A stretch of DNA of 64,000 bases from Hyphomicrobiales bacterium (GCA_016713235.1 JADJPN010000006.1:23782-87781); one strand, 5' to 3'; numbered from the stretch's first letter, positions 9,503 to 19,563 are shown. Notes: a model not told the origin generated them from the letters alone. Translations and numbers: made by a program.

Positions 9503-10105
9503 TTAACGCAGGTCCGCGATGGTTTCGGCAGGCGCCATGGAGAAGAATTCTCCGGCGGAAAAAACGCCGAACAATTCCCTGCCGTTCAGCTTCCTCGTCT
9601 CACCCATCTCCACAAGATCGAAAAACAACGCCCGCGTCACCCGCGCCCAGAGATCGCTTCGCACATGCAGATAGGGTTTCAATCCGCCTGTATTCTCTTC
9701 CGGTTCGAACCGCAGCGGATGCTCGATGTCGCAGCGCACGAGATCGTCCACATTCGTGCGAAACGAAAGCGCCCGGCTTGCACCCTCGCCATCGACCGCC
9801 ATCTCGACCGCATGGAAAGGCGCATCCTCGACCCTGATCCCGACCTTCTCCACCGGCGTCACGAGAAAATACTTTTCGCCCTCGCGCTTCAGGACCGACG
9901 CAAAGAGTCGCACCAGCGCCGGCCGCCCGATCGGCGTGCCGAGATAGTACCAGGTTCCATCCACCGCAATCCGCATATCGAGATCGCCGCAAAACGGCGG
10001 ATTCCACAGATGCACAGGCGGCAGCTTCCGCTCTTTGCCGACGGCCGCGATCAGGGATTCGAGCCCCTTTGGCGCCAGCCCCGGATTGGTCTTGTCCACC
10101 GTCAT
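9503..10105 (-). CDS. DUF1285 domain-containing protein
   Basis: 200 aa. The pattern PPVHLWNPPFCGDLDMRIAVDGTWYYLGTPI matches DUF1285 by recall. Confidence 0.8.
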   Translation of the reverse strand: MTVDKTNPGLAPKGLESLIAAVGKERKLPPVHLWNPPFCGDLDMRIAVDGTWYYLGTPIGRPALVRLFASVLKREGEKYFLVTPVEKVGIRVEDAPFHAVEMAVDGEGASRALSFRTNVDDLVRCDIEHPLRFEPEENTGGLKPYLHVRSDLWARVTRALFFDLVEMGETRKLNGRELFGVFSAGEFFSMAPAETIADLR

Positions 10106-10453
10106 AAAGCTACTCGGATTGTGATCGCGAAACCTCAGCTTTCATCATACCCTAAACGCCGAGAATGCCGCTTTGGACTGCCATGATTGCGGCCCAGTCC
10201 CGGTCTTTCGTGTGCATGGAAATTGCATGAACATGCGTGAACTAAGTGAGTCGGAAGGCCGCGAATACAAGTCCCGGCAGCCGTGTGGCGCTCGCGAAGC
10301 CCGCACCCCGCCTCGGCATGGTCATTTGCGGATTTTTCGAACACCGCCACACTGCCAGACAATAAATCCTTTGGTTCCGACATTCGTAAAAGTGCCCGCT
10401 GCAACGAAATACGAATGCCGGAACCGGATCGCTAGTTTGCCCCTCGCAGCCGA

Positions 10454-11467
10454 ATGGAGGAGCCGTTGAGCCCCGCAAGCCCCGAAAATTTCGACCAGAT
10501 GATCGTCCGCGCCGCGGAAACGACGGCAGCTTCGGTCAAAACCGCTCGCACTGCGATCAGCAACGTGATCTTCGGTCAGGAGAAAGTCGTCGATCAGGCA
10601 CTGATCACGGTGCTCGCCGGCGGTCATGCGCTGCTGCTCGGTGTACCCGGCCTCGCGAAAACCAAGCTCGTGGATACGATGGGTACCGTGCTTGGCCTTC
10701 AGGCCCGTCGCGTGCAGTTCACGCCGGACCTCATGCCTTCCGATATCGTCGGCGCGGAAGTGCTCGAAGAATCCGCAAGCGGCAAACGCTCGTTCCGCTT
10801 CATTCAGGGCCCCGTCTTCACGCAGCTCTTGCTCGCAGACGAAATCAACCGCGCCTCTCCGCGCACGCAGTCGGCGCTCCTGCAATCCATGCAGGAGTAT
10901 CATGTGACGGTCGCGGGGCAGCGTCACGACCTGCCGAAGCCGTTCCACGTGCTCGCGACCCAGAACCCGCTCGAGCAGGAAGGCACCTATCCGCTGCCCG
11001 AAGCACAGCTCGATCGCTTCCTGATGGAAATAGACGTCACCTATCCGGATCGCGAAGCGGAAAAGAAAATTCTGTTCGACACCACCGGCGTCGAAGAAAC
11101 CAAACCGCGCGCGGCGATGAGTGTCGAAGACTTGATGGCAGCGCAACGTCTCGTGCGCCGTATCCCGGTCGGCGAGTCGGTTGTCGAAGCGATTTTGAAT
11201 CTGGTGCGCTCCGCGCGCCCCGACAATGCAAGCGGCGACATTGCAAAACAGATCGCCTGGGGTCCCGGCCCGCGCGCTTCGCAAGCATTGATGCTCGCAG
11301 TTCGTGCGCGCGCACTGCTCGACGGCCGTCTCGCGCCTTCGGTCGATGACGTACTCGAGCTTGCTGAGCCCGTTCTGAAGCACCGCATGGCGCTCACCTT
11401 CGCAGCACGCGCCGATGGCGCGAGCGTCGAAAGCCTGATCGCAAAGCTGAAAGCCAAGATCGGATGA
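10454..11467 (+). CDS. MoxR-family AAA+ ATPase
   Basis: 337 aa with Walker A LLLGVPGLAKT and Walker B LLADEINRA. MoxR-like size. Confidence 0.9.
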   Translation: MEEPLSPASPENFDQMIVRAAETTAASVKTARTAISNVIFGQEKVVDQALITVLAGGHALLLGVPGLAKTKLVDTMGTVLGLQARRVQFTPDLMPSDIVGAEVLEESASGKRSFRFIQGPVFTQLLLADEINRASPRTQSALLQSMQEYHVTVAGQRHDLPKPFHVLATQNPLEQEGTYPLPEAQLDRFLMEIDVTYPDREAEKKILFDTTGVEETKPRAAMSVEDLMAAQRLVRRIPVGESVVEAILNLVRSARPDNASGDIAKQIAWGPGPRASQALMLAVRARALLDGRLAPSVDDVLELAEPVLKHRMALTFAARADGASVESLIAKLKAKIG

Positions 11468-12426
11468 ACGAACCCGGCGGCGTAACCGGCAGGGAAGACG
11501 GCGGCGCATCGGTGCGTCACGCGACCGGCAGCGCGAAAGAACTTATCGCTGCGATGCCGCGCTTGATTCTCGAGGCTCGCCGCGCCGCCGCCTCGGTGTT
11601 TCACGGGCTGCACGGCAGGCGCCGCGCGGGTCCGGGCGAAAACTTCTGGCAGTACCGCCGCTTCAACGACGGCGAGCCGTCGAACCGCGTCGACTGGCGC
11701 CGTTCGGCACGCGACGATCATCTTTATGTGCGCGAGCGCGAATGGGAGGCCTCGCATACGGTCTGGATCTGGCCCGATCTCTCGCCATCGATGGTATTTG
11801 CTTCGCCGCTGGTCTGGGAAACGAAACGCGACCGCGCGCTCGTGCTCGCATTCGCGATGGGCGAATTGCTGGTGCGCGGCGGCGAGCGCGTTGCGATTCC
11901 CGGCCTGATGCGGCCGAGCGCGAACCGCAATGTAATCGAGCGCATGGCCGAAGCGATCATTCATCATGGCGGCGAATGGAAAAGTCTTCCGCCGCCGATC
12001 ACGCCCGGACCGCGCGAGGAAATCGTACTGCTCTCCGATTTCTGGAGTCCGGCGCGCGAAGTCGTCGGCGCGATCGACCACATGGCAAAGCGTGGTCCCG
12101 GCGGCCATGTCGTGCAGATTGTCGATCCTGCCGAGGAAACATTCCCCTACTCCGGCCGCATCGACTTCCGCGAACCGGAAACCGGCCAGAACCTCATGGT
12201 CGGCCGCGCCGAAATGTGGGCACGCGATTATCTCGCGCTGGTCGCCAAGCATCGCGAAACCATTCGCAGCGAAGTCTCGCCGCGCGGCTGGAGCTTCGCC
12301 ATTCACCGCACCGACCGCCCCGCGAGCGAATTGCTGATCGCGCTGCATGCGCGCATGGGCGAAACGCGTGATGTGATCTCCCGCAAGCGCACGAGCGTGA
12401 AGCTCGGCGAAACGGAGGCGGCATGA
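11464..12426 (+). CDS. DUF58 domain-containing protein (MoxR-associated)
   Basis: 320 aa with the DUF58-type block YRRFNDGEPSNRVDWRRSAR. It overlaps both neighbours by 4 nt. Confidence 0.85.
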   Translation: MNEPGGVTGREDGGASVRHATGSAKELIAAMPRLILEARRAAASVFHGLHGRRRAGPGENFWQYRRFNDGEPSNRVDWRRSARDDHLYVREREWEASHTVWIWPDLSPSMVFASPLVWETKRDRALVLAFAMGELLVRGGERVAIPGLMRPSANRNVIERMAEAIIHHGGEWKSLPPPITPGPREEIVLLSDFWSPAREVVGAIDHMAKRGPGGHVVQIVDPAEETFPYSGRIDFREPETGQNLMVGRAEMWARDYLALVAKHRETIRSEVSPRGWSFAIHRTDRPASELLIALHARMGETRDVISRKRTSVKLGETEAA

Positions 12427-15259
12427 TCCCGATCGGGTTCACGACGCCGCTGATCCTGCTCGCGCTCGCCGCGCTGCCAGTGCTTTGGTATTTGCTGCGC
12501 CTGGTGCCGCCAAAGCCGCGTCTGATCCGCTTCCCGCCGACACGGCTGCTGCTTGAAATCGAACCGAAGGAAGAAACACCCGCGCGCACGCCCTGGTGGC
12601 TGACCGCGCTGCGGCTTCTGCTCGCGGCACTCGTGATCCTCGCCGCCGCGGGTCCGCTCTTGAATCCGCCGCCTGCGACCTCGCGCGCGAGCGGCGCCAT
12701 CGTGATGGTCGTCGATTCCGGCTGGGCCGCCGCGGCGCAGTGGCAGAACCGGCTCTACACTGCGAATGCGATCATCGCGCGCGCGGAGGCAGAGAACCGC
12801 CCGGTTGCACTGCTTGCGACCGCAAATCCGAAGAAAGATGTTTCGCTCTTGCGTCCACTGGAGGCCCGCGAACAGTTACGCCTGCTCGTACCCTCACCCC
12901 ATGCGCCCAACCGCGCGGAAACACTTCCGGGCCTGACCGAACTCTTGAAGCGTCAACCGGACGCCTCGGTAATCTGGCTTTCGGACGGCGTCGATCTCGG
13001 CGACGGCGAAACCTTCGTTACCGCGCTGAACGAACGCGTACCCGCAGGCCAGCTCACCGTGATTTCCGGCGGCACGCAGAGCGCGCTCGCGCTCGCCGCC
13101 GCGGAGAACAATGCTGGTGCGCTGATCGTGAAGATTTTGCGCGCCGATACCAACACACCGGCAAACGGCAGCGTGCGCGCGCGCGATTTGCGCGGCCTGC
13201 CGCTCGGCGACGCGCCCTACGCCTTCGCAATCGGCGCGCTCGAAGCCGAAGCGAGGTTCGAACTCCCGGTAGAAATCCGCAACGACATTTCCCGCATCGA
13301 AATCACCGGCGAACGCTCGGCGGGCGCGGTGCAATTGCTGGACAAGCGCTGGCGCCGCCGCACGGTCGGCTTGGTTTCCGACGGCACCATCGATACCGCG
13401 CAGCCTTTGCTCGCGGCCACCTTCTATCTCTCCCGCGCCCTGTCTCCCTTCGCCGACGTTCGTCTCGCTGGAAACACGGCCGTCGGCGAAGCGATCGTGG
13501 GATTCATTCAGCAGCAAATCCCGGTGATCGTGCTTTCCGACGTTGGCACGATCCCGCCCGATGTGCGCGAGCAACTATTCAAATGGATGGAAAACGGCGG
13601 CGTGCTGATCCGCTTCGCCGGACGCCGGCTAGCCGCTTCCGATGACGACGATCTCGTGCCGGTACGGCTGCGGCGCGGCGGCCGCGTGCTCGGCGGCTCG
13701 CTCTCGTGGGAGCAGCCGCAGAAGCTCGGCAGCTTTTCGCGCGAAAGTCCGTTTACCGACATGACCGTACCGGACGACGTGGTGGTCACGCGTCAGGTAC
13801 TCGCCGAGCCAGACGGACGGCTTGCCGAGCGCACCTGGGCCTCGCTTGCCGACGGCACCCCGCTCGTCACCGCCGAGCGGCGCGGCAAAGGCTTGCTCGC
13901 GCTCTTTCACGTGACCGCGGATACCTCCTGGTCGAACTTGCCGCTCTCCGGCGTGTTCGTCGAAATGCTCCGCCGCACGGTCGGCCTGGGAAGCGCAATC
14001 AATCGCCCGGCGGAGGGCGCACAGAACACGCCGCGCGCGAACGTGCAGACCGTCGCCCCCAATCGTCTGCTCGATGGCTACGGCGCCTTCACCGCGCCGG
14101 GCCCGACCGCAAAGCCCGTCGCCGCCGATTTCACCGAGCGCGGCAACGCCGACCATCCGCCTGGATTCTACGGGCCTGCCGAGAGCCTGCTTGCCGTCAA
14201 CACGCTTACGGCCGGCGACAAGCTCGCTATGCTCGATCTCTCGAAACTGAAAGCGACCGTGGAAGCCTATCGCCGCGCAGAGCCGATCGATCTGCGCGCG
14301 GCGCTTCTCTCGCTCGTACTGCTGCTGCTTCTGATCGACGCGCTGATCGTGTTCTGGCTCGCGGGTGGATTCAATCGCCTCACGCGCAGACGCGCGGCTG
14401 CGGCGATCGCAATTGCACTCGGTGCATCGCTGTTCTTCACAAGCCACGATGCGCAAGCGCAAGGAATGCAGCTACCGCGCTCGCCGCAGAACAGCGACGC
14501 CTCGCTCCCGTTCGAAGTGCGGGCAAGCCAGCAGACCCGGCTCGCTTATGTGATCACCGGCGACAGCGAAACCGACAATATCAGCAAGGCCGGCCTTGAA
14601 GGGCTGACCGCGTTTCTTCCTCGCGCACCGCGCTCGAACCCGGCGCGCCAATGGGCGTCAACATCGCGCGGGACGAGCTGTCGTTTTTCCCGATCCTGTA
14701 CTGGCCGGTCGTGCCCGGCACGCCGCGCCCGCCGAGGGAAGTGCTCGCCCGCATCGACGCCTATATGAAACAGGGCGGCACCATCCTGTTCGATACGCGC
14801 GACGCGCTTGCGATCACCAATCCGCGCAGCGGCGAAGTATCGCCGGCGACCGCAACCTTGCGCGACATTCTCTCCTCGCTCGACCTGCCCGAGCTGGAAA
14901 CCGTCCCGCGCGATCACGTGCTCACGAAATCGTTTTATATTCTGCGCGAGTTTCCCGGCCGCTTCACCAGCGGAACCCTCTGGGTTGAAACGCTGCCTGC
15001 GAATGACGAGGAGCAAGCCGACCGCCCTGCGCGTGCCGGCGACGGCGTCACGCCGATCCTGATCACCTCGAACGATCTGGCCGGCGCATGGGCCATAAGC
15101 AGCGACGGCCAGCCGATGCTGCCGCTCACGCCGGGAGAGCCGCGCCAGCGCGAATTCGCCTTCCGTGTCGGCGTCAACATCGTGATGTATGTCCTGACCG
15201 GCAACTACAAGGCCGACCAGGTACACGTACCGGCATTGCTCGAAAGACTGGGGCAATAG
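12423..15259 (+). pseudogene. BatA-like N-terminal double-TM / DUF4159 membrane protein, reading frame interrupted near 14615 (authentic frameshift or assembly indel)
   Basis: ORF 12423..14768 has a BatA_N-like N-terminus (LILLALAALPVLWYLLRLVPPKP). Its tail after ...GLEGLTAFL turns Arg-rich nonsense. The sequence continues sensibly in frame -1 as SSRTALEPGAPMGVNIARDELSFFPILYWPV (ORF 14651..15259, DUF4159-like). Confidence 0.75.
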
Positions 15260-15263
15260 CGCG

Positions 15264-17324
15264 ATGAACCTCGGCGTTGCATTCGAACCTTTGATCTCCC
15301 TGCCGCTGCTGGCAGGCGCGGCAATCTTGGCCGCGCTCGTCGCCGCGCTGCTGCTGTTCTCGCGTTCGCGCGGCGCGCTTACGCGCGCGATTGCGCTCGC
15401 ACTCGCATTGATCGCGCTCGCCAATCCGTCGCTGACCCGCGAGGACCGCGATCCGCTGACATCCGTCGTCGCCGTCGTGCTCGACAGAAGCGCAAGCCAG
15501 CGCTTCGGCGACCGCGCGGAAGCAACCAATAAGGCGGCGGAGACACTGAAAGAACGCCTCTCTGCCATCCGCAATCTCGAAGTGCGCATCGTCGAAGGCG
15601 GCACCGATAGCGAAGGCGACGGCACCAAACTTTTCTCCGCGCTGAGTGCGACGCTTGCCGACGTGCCGCCGGAACGCGTTGCCGGCGTGATCATGATTAC
15701 CGATGGACGGGTGCACGACGTGCCGCTGCCGCAGCATCTCGGCTTTGATGCGCCGGTCCATGCACTGATCACCGGCCGCGACAACGAGCGCGACCGCCGC
15801 GTGGCACTCACCTCCACGCCGCGCTTCGGCATCGTCGGGCAGCGGCAGACCATCGGCTTTCGCGTACTCGACGAAGGCATCCCGAATGGCGCGCGTGTAA
15901 ACGTGACCGTGCGCCGTGACGGCACGGTCGTGGCCAATACCGTTGTCACCGCCGGCCGCGAAGAACGCGTGCAGGTGGAAATCGCGCATGCGGGCGCAAA
16001 CATCGTCGAGATCGAAGCCTCGCCGCTCGATGGCGAACTGACGCTTCTCAACAACCGCGCCGCGCTCACCATCGATGGCGTGCGCGAGAAGCTCCGCGTA
16101 CTGCTCGTCTCCGGCGAGCCGCATTCGGGTGAGCGCACATGGCGCAATCTCCTGAAGTCGGACGCCAACGTCGATCTCGTGCATTTCACGATTCTGCGCC
16201 CGCCGGAGAAGCAGGACGGCACGCCGATCCATGAGCTGTCCTTGATCGCGTTTCCGACCCGCGAGCTCTTTCAGCAGAAGATCAGGGAATTCCACCTGAT
16301 CATCTTCGATCGTTATGCGCAGCAGGGCGTGCTGCCGCTGATCTATTTCGACAACATCGTCGAATATGTCCGCAGCGGTGGCGCGATGCTGATCGCGGCG
16401 GGACCCGATTATGCCGGCCGCAATTCGGTGTGGCGCACCCCGCTGGAAGCGATCCTGCCCGCGACGCCGACGGGCAACATCACCGAAACGGCCTATCGTC
16501 CCGGCCTCACCGACGAGGGCAAGCGTCATCCGGTGACGCGTGCCTTGCCTGGCTCGGAAACCACGCCGCCACAGTGGAGCCGCTTCTTCCGCCTGATCGA
16601 CGCGCAAACCTCGAACGGCACTGCGCTGATGAACGGCCCCGGCAACCAGCCGCTGCTGGTATTGTCGCGTCATGGCGACGGCCGTGTCGCATTGCTCCTG
16701 TCCGATCACATCTGGCTCTGGGCGCGCGGCTATGAAGGCGGCGGCCCGCATCTCGATTTGCTGCGCCGCCTGTCGCATTGGCTGATGAAGGAGCCCGAAC
16801 TCGAAGAAGAGCGGCTCGTGATGACGGCGCGCGGCAGCGAGATCGTCGTCGAACGTAGAACCATGAACGAAACCGCGGAGCCGGTGACCGTCACCCGGCC
16901 ATCGGGCGGCACGCAGACCTTGAATCTGACGCGTGCCGAGCCCGGCATCTTCCACGCCTCGATCAAGGCCGAAGAACTCGGCCTGTGGCGCGCAACCGAC
17001 GGAAAACTCACCGCGCTGATCAATCTTGGCCCGCTCAATCCGCGCGAGTTTCTGGAAGTCACGAGCACGCGCGACGTGATGCTGCCGTTAGCTACCGGCA
17101 CCGGCGGCGGCGTATTGCGGCTCGCGGATCTTTCCGGCGGCGCACCGCGCATTGCGCAAATCCGCTCCGCCGAACGCTACGCCGGCCCGGACTGGCTCGG
17201 CATCAAGATGCGCGACGCAAGCGTGGTGCGCGGCCTCGGCCTCTTCCCGCTGTTCGCAGGGCTGTCCGGTTTGCTGATTCTGATGGCGGGCATCGCCGCT
17301 GCTTGGACCCGCGAAGGCAGGTAA
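15264..17324 (+). CDS. conserved membrane protein, fourth gene of the MoxR/DUF58/BatA-like cluster
   Basis: 686 aa with N- and C-terminal TM segments. It starts 5 nt after the preceding gene. No specific family recognised. Confidence 0.8.
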   Translation: MNLGVAFEPLISLPLLAGAAILAALVAALLLFSRSRGALTRAIALALALIALANPSLTREDRDPLTSVVAVVLDRSASQRFGDRAEATNKAAETLKERLSAIRNLEVRIVEGGTDSEGDGTKLFSALSATLADVPPERVAGVIMITDGRVHDVPLPQHLGFDAPVHALITGRDNERDRRVALTSTPRFGIVGQRQTIGFRVLDEGIPNGARVNVTVRRDGTVVANTVVTAGREERVQVEIAHAGANIVEIEASPLDGELTLLNNRAALTIDGVREKLRVLLVSGEPHSGERTWRNLLKSDANVDLVHFTILRPPEKQDGTPIHELSLIAFPTRELFQQKIREFHLIIFDRYAQQGVLPLIYFDNIVEYVRSGGAMLIAAGPDYAGRNSVWRTPLEAILPATPTGNITETAYRPGLTDEGKRHPVTRALPGSETTPPQWSRFFRLIDAQTSNGTALMNGPGNQPLLVLSRHGDGRVALLLSDHIWLWARGYEGGGPHLDLLRRLSHWLMKEPELEEERLVMTARGSEIVVERRTMNETAEPVTVTRPSGGTQTLNLTRAEPGIFHASIKAEELGLWRATDGKLTALINLGPLNPREFLEVTSTRDVMLPLATGTGGGVLRLADLSGGAPRIAQIRSAERYAGPDWLGIKMRDASVVRGLGLFPLFAGLSGLLILMAGIAAAWTREGR

Positions 17325-17420
17325 ACCTGCCTTCGATGACCCGCGAAGACACGTAAACCTGCCTTCGATGACCCGCGAAGACCGGTAAACCTGCCTTCGA
17401 TGACTCGCAAAGACCGCCGG
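17306..17420. repeat. 32-bp tandem repeat, about 3.5 copies, overlapping the stop codon of the 15264..17324 gene
   Basis: Copies at 17306-17337, 17338-17369 and 17370-17401 (GACCCGCGAAG[GC/AC]A[G/C]GTAAACCTGCCTTCGAT), plus a degenerate partial copy. Copy 1 forms a perfect 10-bp hairpin, CGAAGGCAGG-TAAA-CCTGCCTTCG. Confidence 0.9.
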
Positions 17421-17990
17421 CTATTCGCGGCCGTAGTCGCGCCGCACTGCGCCGCTGACGCCATCGAACGAACTGCTGACAAGTTCGGCGATCAGGACAC
17501 GCTCCGGATCGACCGGCCCGGGCAGCTTCAAGCGGCCGTACTCTACTTTCTTGAATCCGAGCCGCCCGTAATAGGGCTCGTCGCCAACCAGCAGAATGAG
17601 CTTGGCGCCGGAATCCTTCGCAGCCTTCATCGACGCTTCCATTAACGCGCGGCCGACGCCACGGCTGCGAAACGGCGGCTCGACCGTAAGCGGCCCCAGG
17701 AGCATCGCCTTCACGCCGCCGATCTTGATCGGCGTGAGCCGCACCGAGCCCACGAGCAGCGTGCCGATGCGCGCGGTATAGGAAAGCTCGCGCCGATGCG
17801 CGACGCCTTCGCGCAGCCGGTATGCCGAGCGCGCAAAGCGGCCCGGCCCGAAGGTCCGCTCGGAAAGCTTCTCGATCGCCGGATCGTCTTCCGGCGTTTC
17901 GGCTTGAATGTTGAGCGACAAATCGGCCAAGGCACAGCACCTTACGAAAATTCGCGCGCGGAAATACCACGGGAGCCGAAGGCGGTCCAA
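17421..17990 (-). CDS. GNAT family N-acetyltransferase
   Basis: Acetyl-CoA binding motif FRSRGVGRALMEASMKAA. The true start is probably downstream of 17990, because the N-terminal ~25 aa look non-native. Confidence 0.8.
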   Translation of the reverse strand: MDRLRLPWYFRARIFVRCCALADLSLNIQAETPEDDPAIEKLSERTFGPGRFARSAYRLREGVAHRRELSYTARIGTLLVGSVRLTPIKIGGVKAMLLGPLTVEPPFRSRGVGRALMEASMKAAKDSGAKLILLVGDEPYYGRLGFKKVEYGRLKLPGPVDPERVLIAELVSSSFDGVSGAVRRDYGRE

Positions 17991-18073
17991 TGACGGCAGG
18001 CTTGCAAATGTGTATTGCGCGCCTTGCCTTTATTAGTGCGGCGAGCCGACATGTCCGCCACAAGGAGATCGAA

Positions 18074-19063
18074 ATGGGCCTTTTGGTAAACGGCGCCTGG
18101 CAGGATCAGTGGTACGATACGAAATCGACCGGCGGGCGCTTCGAGCGCACCGAAACGAAATTCCGCAACTGGATTACCGCCGACGGCGCGGCGGGACCAT
18201 CCGGCGAAGCGGGGTTCGCCGCGGAGAAGGATCGCTACCACCTATATGTCGCACTCGCCTGCCCGTGGGCACATCGCGCGCTGATCTTTCGCGAGATCAA
18301 AAAGCTGCAAGAATTCATTTCCGTCTCCGTTGTGCATCCGCTGATGCTCGAAGAAGGCTGGACCTTCGACGACTACCCCGGCGCCACCGGAGATACAGTC
18401 CTGAACAAGAAGCGGCTTTACGAGGTCTATCTCGAAGCGAAGTCGGACTACTCGGGCCGTGTCACCGTGCCGACATTATGGGACAAGAAGAAGCGCACGA
18501 TCGTGAACAACGAGTCGGCGGAAATCATCCGCATGTTCAACAGCGCGTTCGACGATCTCACCGGCAACCGCGACGACTATTACCCGCAGGCATTGCGCAC
18601 GGAAATCGACGCAGTGAACGCACGCGTTTACAAGAGCATCAATAACGGCGTTTATCGTGCCGGCTTCGCAACGACGCAGAAGGCGTATGACGAAGCCTTC
18701 CACGCGCTGTTCACCGAACTCGATGGCATCGAGACGCGCCTGTCGAACCAGCGCTATCTAGCCGGCGACAAACTGACCGAAGCCGATGTGCGCCTGTTCA
18801 CGACACTCGTGCGCTTCGACGCGGTCTATGTCGGCCATTTCAAATGCAATCTGCGGCGCATCGCGGACTATCCGAACTTGTCGAACTATCTGCGCGAGCT
18901 CTTCCAGATTCCGGGATTCGGCTCGACCACGAACTTCGACCACATCAAGACGCATTATTATGTGAGCCACCGGAACATAAATCCCACCGGCATCGTACCC
19001 CTTGGCCCCGAGCTTCTGCTCAACGCTCCGCATGACCGCGCGCGATTCAAAAAGGCAGCGTAA
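18074..19063 (+). CDS. yqjG: glutathionyl-hydroquinone reductase (Xi-class GST, YqjG/ECM4-like)
   Basis: Start ATG 18074 follows AAGGAG. Motifs RYHLYVALACPWAHR (Cys-Pro-Trp-Ala active site) and GFATTQKAYDEA are present. Confidence 0.9.
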   Translation: MGLLVNGAWQDQWYDTKSTGGRFERTETKFRNWITADGAAGPSGEAGFAAEKDRYHLYVALACPWAHRALIFREIKKLQEFISVSVVHPLMLEEGWTFDDYPGATGDTVLNKKRLYEVYLEAKSDYSGRVTVPTLWDKKKRTIVNNESAEIIRMFNSAFDDLTGNRDDYYPQALRTEIDAVNARVYKSINNGVYRAGFATTQKAYDEAFHALFTELDGIETRLSNQRYLAGDKLTEADVRLFTTLVRFDAVYVGHFKCNLRRIADYPNLSNYLRELFQIPGFGSTTNFDHIKTHYYVSHRNINPTGIVPLGPELLLNAPHDRARFKKAA

Positions 19064-19507
19064 TCACCACAGCGCGGGCGGCGGCACGCCATCGAGAATT
19101 TCCGTGAGCCGCCTGCGCGTCGATTGCGTCGTGCCGTCAGGCAAGCCGTGAAGCGGGAAGAAGCTCGCTTCCCGAATTTCAAGATTCGGTGCGAGCGGCC
19201 CGCCATATTCGAACGCACGCACGACATAAACCGCGACGTGATCGCGCGACGACGCATTCCTGTTCAGGAACAGCGCGTGCAGCTTCGGCGCACCCGTCAT
19301 CCGGACGTTCCCCTCTTCCAACAGTTCTTTTGCCAAGGCTTCTTCGAACGTCTCGCCGGGCTCGACGCCGCCGCCCGGCAGATGCCAGCCCGGCGTATAG
19401 CCATGCCGCACCAGCAGCACTTCATCGCCACGCAGGACAACGCCCCGCACGCCGAGCGTCATGCCGCGCTTCATGCGCCAATAGAGATGGAGGATTCGGC
19501 GGATCAT
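19064..19507 (-). CDS. NUDIX hydrolase
   Basis: Nudix box GGGVEPGETFEEALAKELLEEGN. Start is chosen at ATG 19507; a TTG at 19558 is the alternative. Confidence 0.75.
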   Translation of the reverse strand: MIRRILHLYWRMKRGMTLGVRGVVLRGDEVLLVRHGYTPGWHLPGGGVEPGETFEEALAKELLEEGNVRMTGAPKLHALFLNRNASSRDHVAVYVVRAFEYGGPLAPNLEIREASFFPLHGLPDGTTQSTRRRLTEILDGVPPPALW

Positions 19508-19563
19508 CCTTTGCTTATAGCAAAGACGTTTGCGCGGCGCGTATTCTTGGCTAGACAAGGTCG

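Noticed and set aside
10106-10453. SRP-RNA-like GGAAGG...GGCAGCC motif in the leader of the MoxR operon
   Set aside because: It is only a short partial match with no supporting helix structure. It is treated as ordinary intergenic or promoter DNA.
14546-16955. Two long minus-strand ORFs (558 aa and 593 aa) across the MoxR-cluster genes
   Set aside because: They are antisense to coherent, domain-bearing plus-strand genes. Their composition is Arg/Ser/Ala-rich and nonsense-like.
17306-17420. CRISPR array
   Set aside because: The 32-bp units are directly abutting with no spacers and there are no cas genes. This is a tandem repeat.
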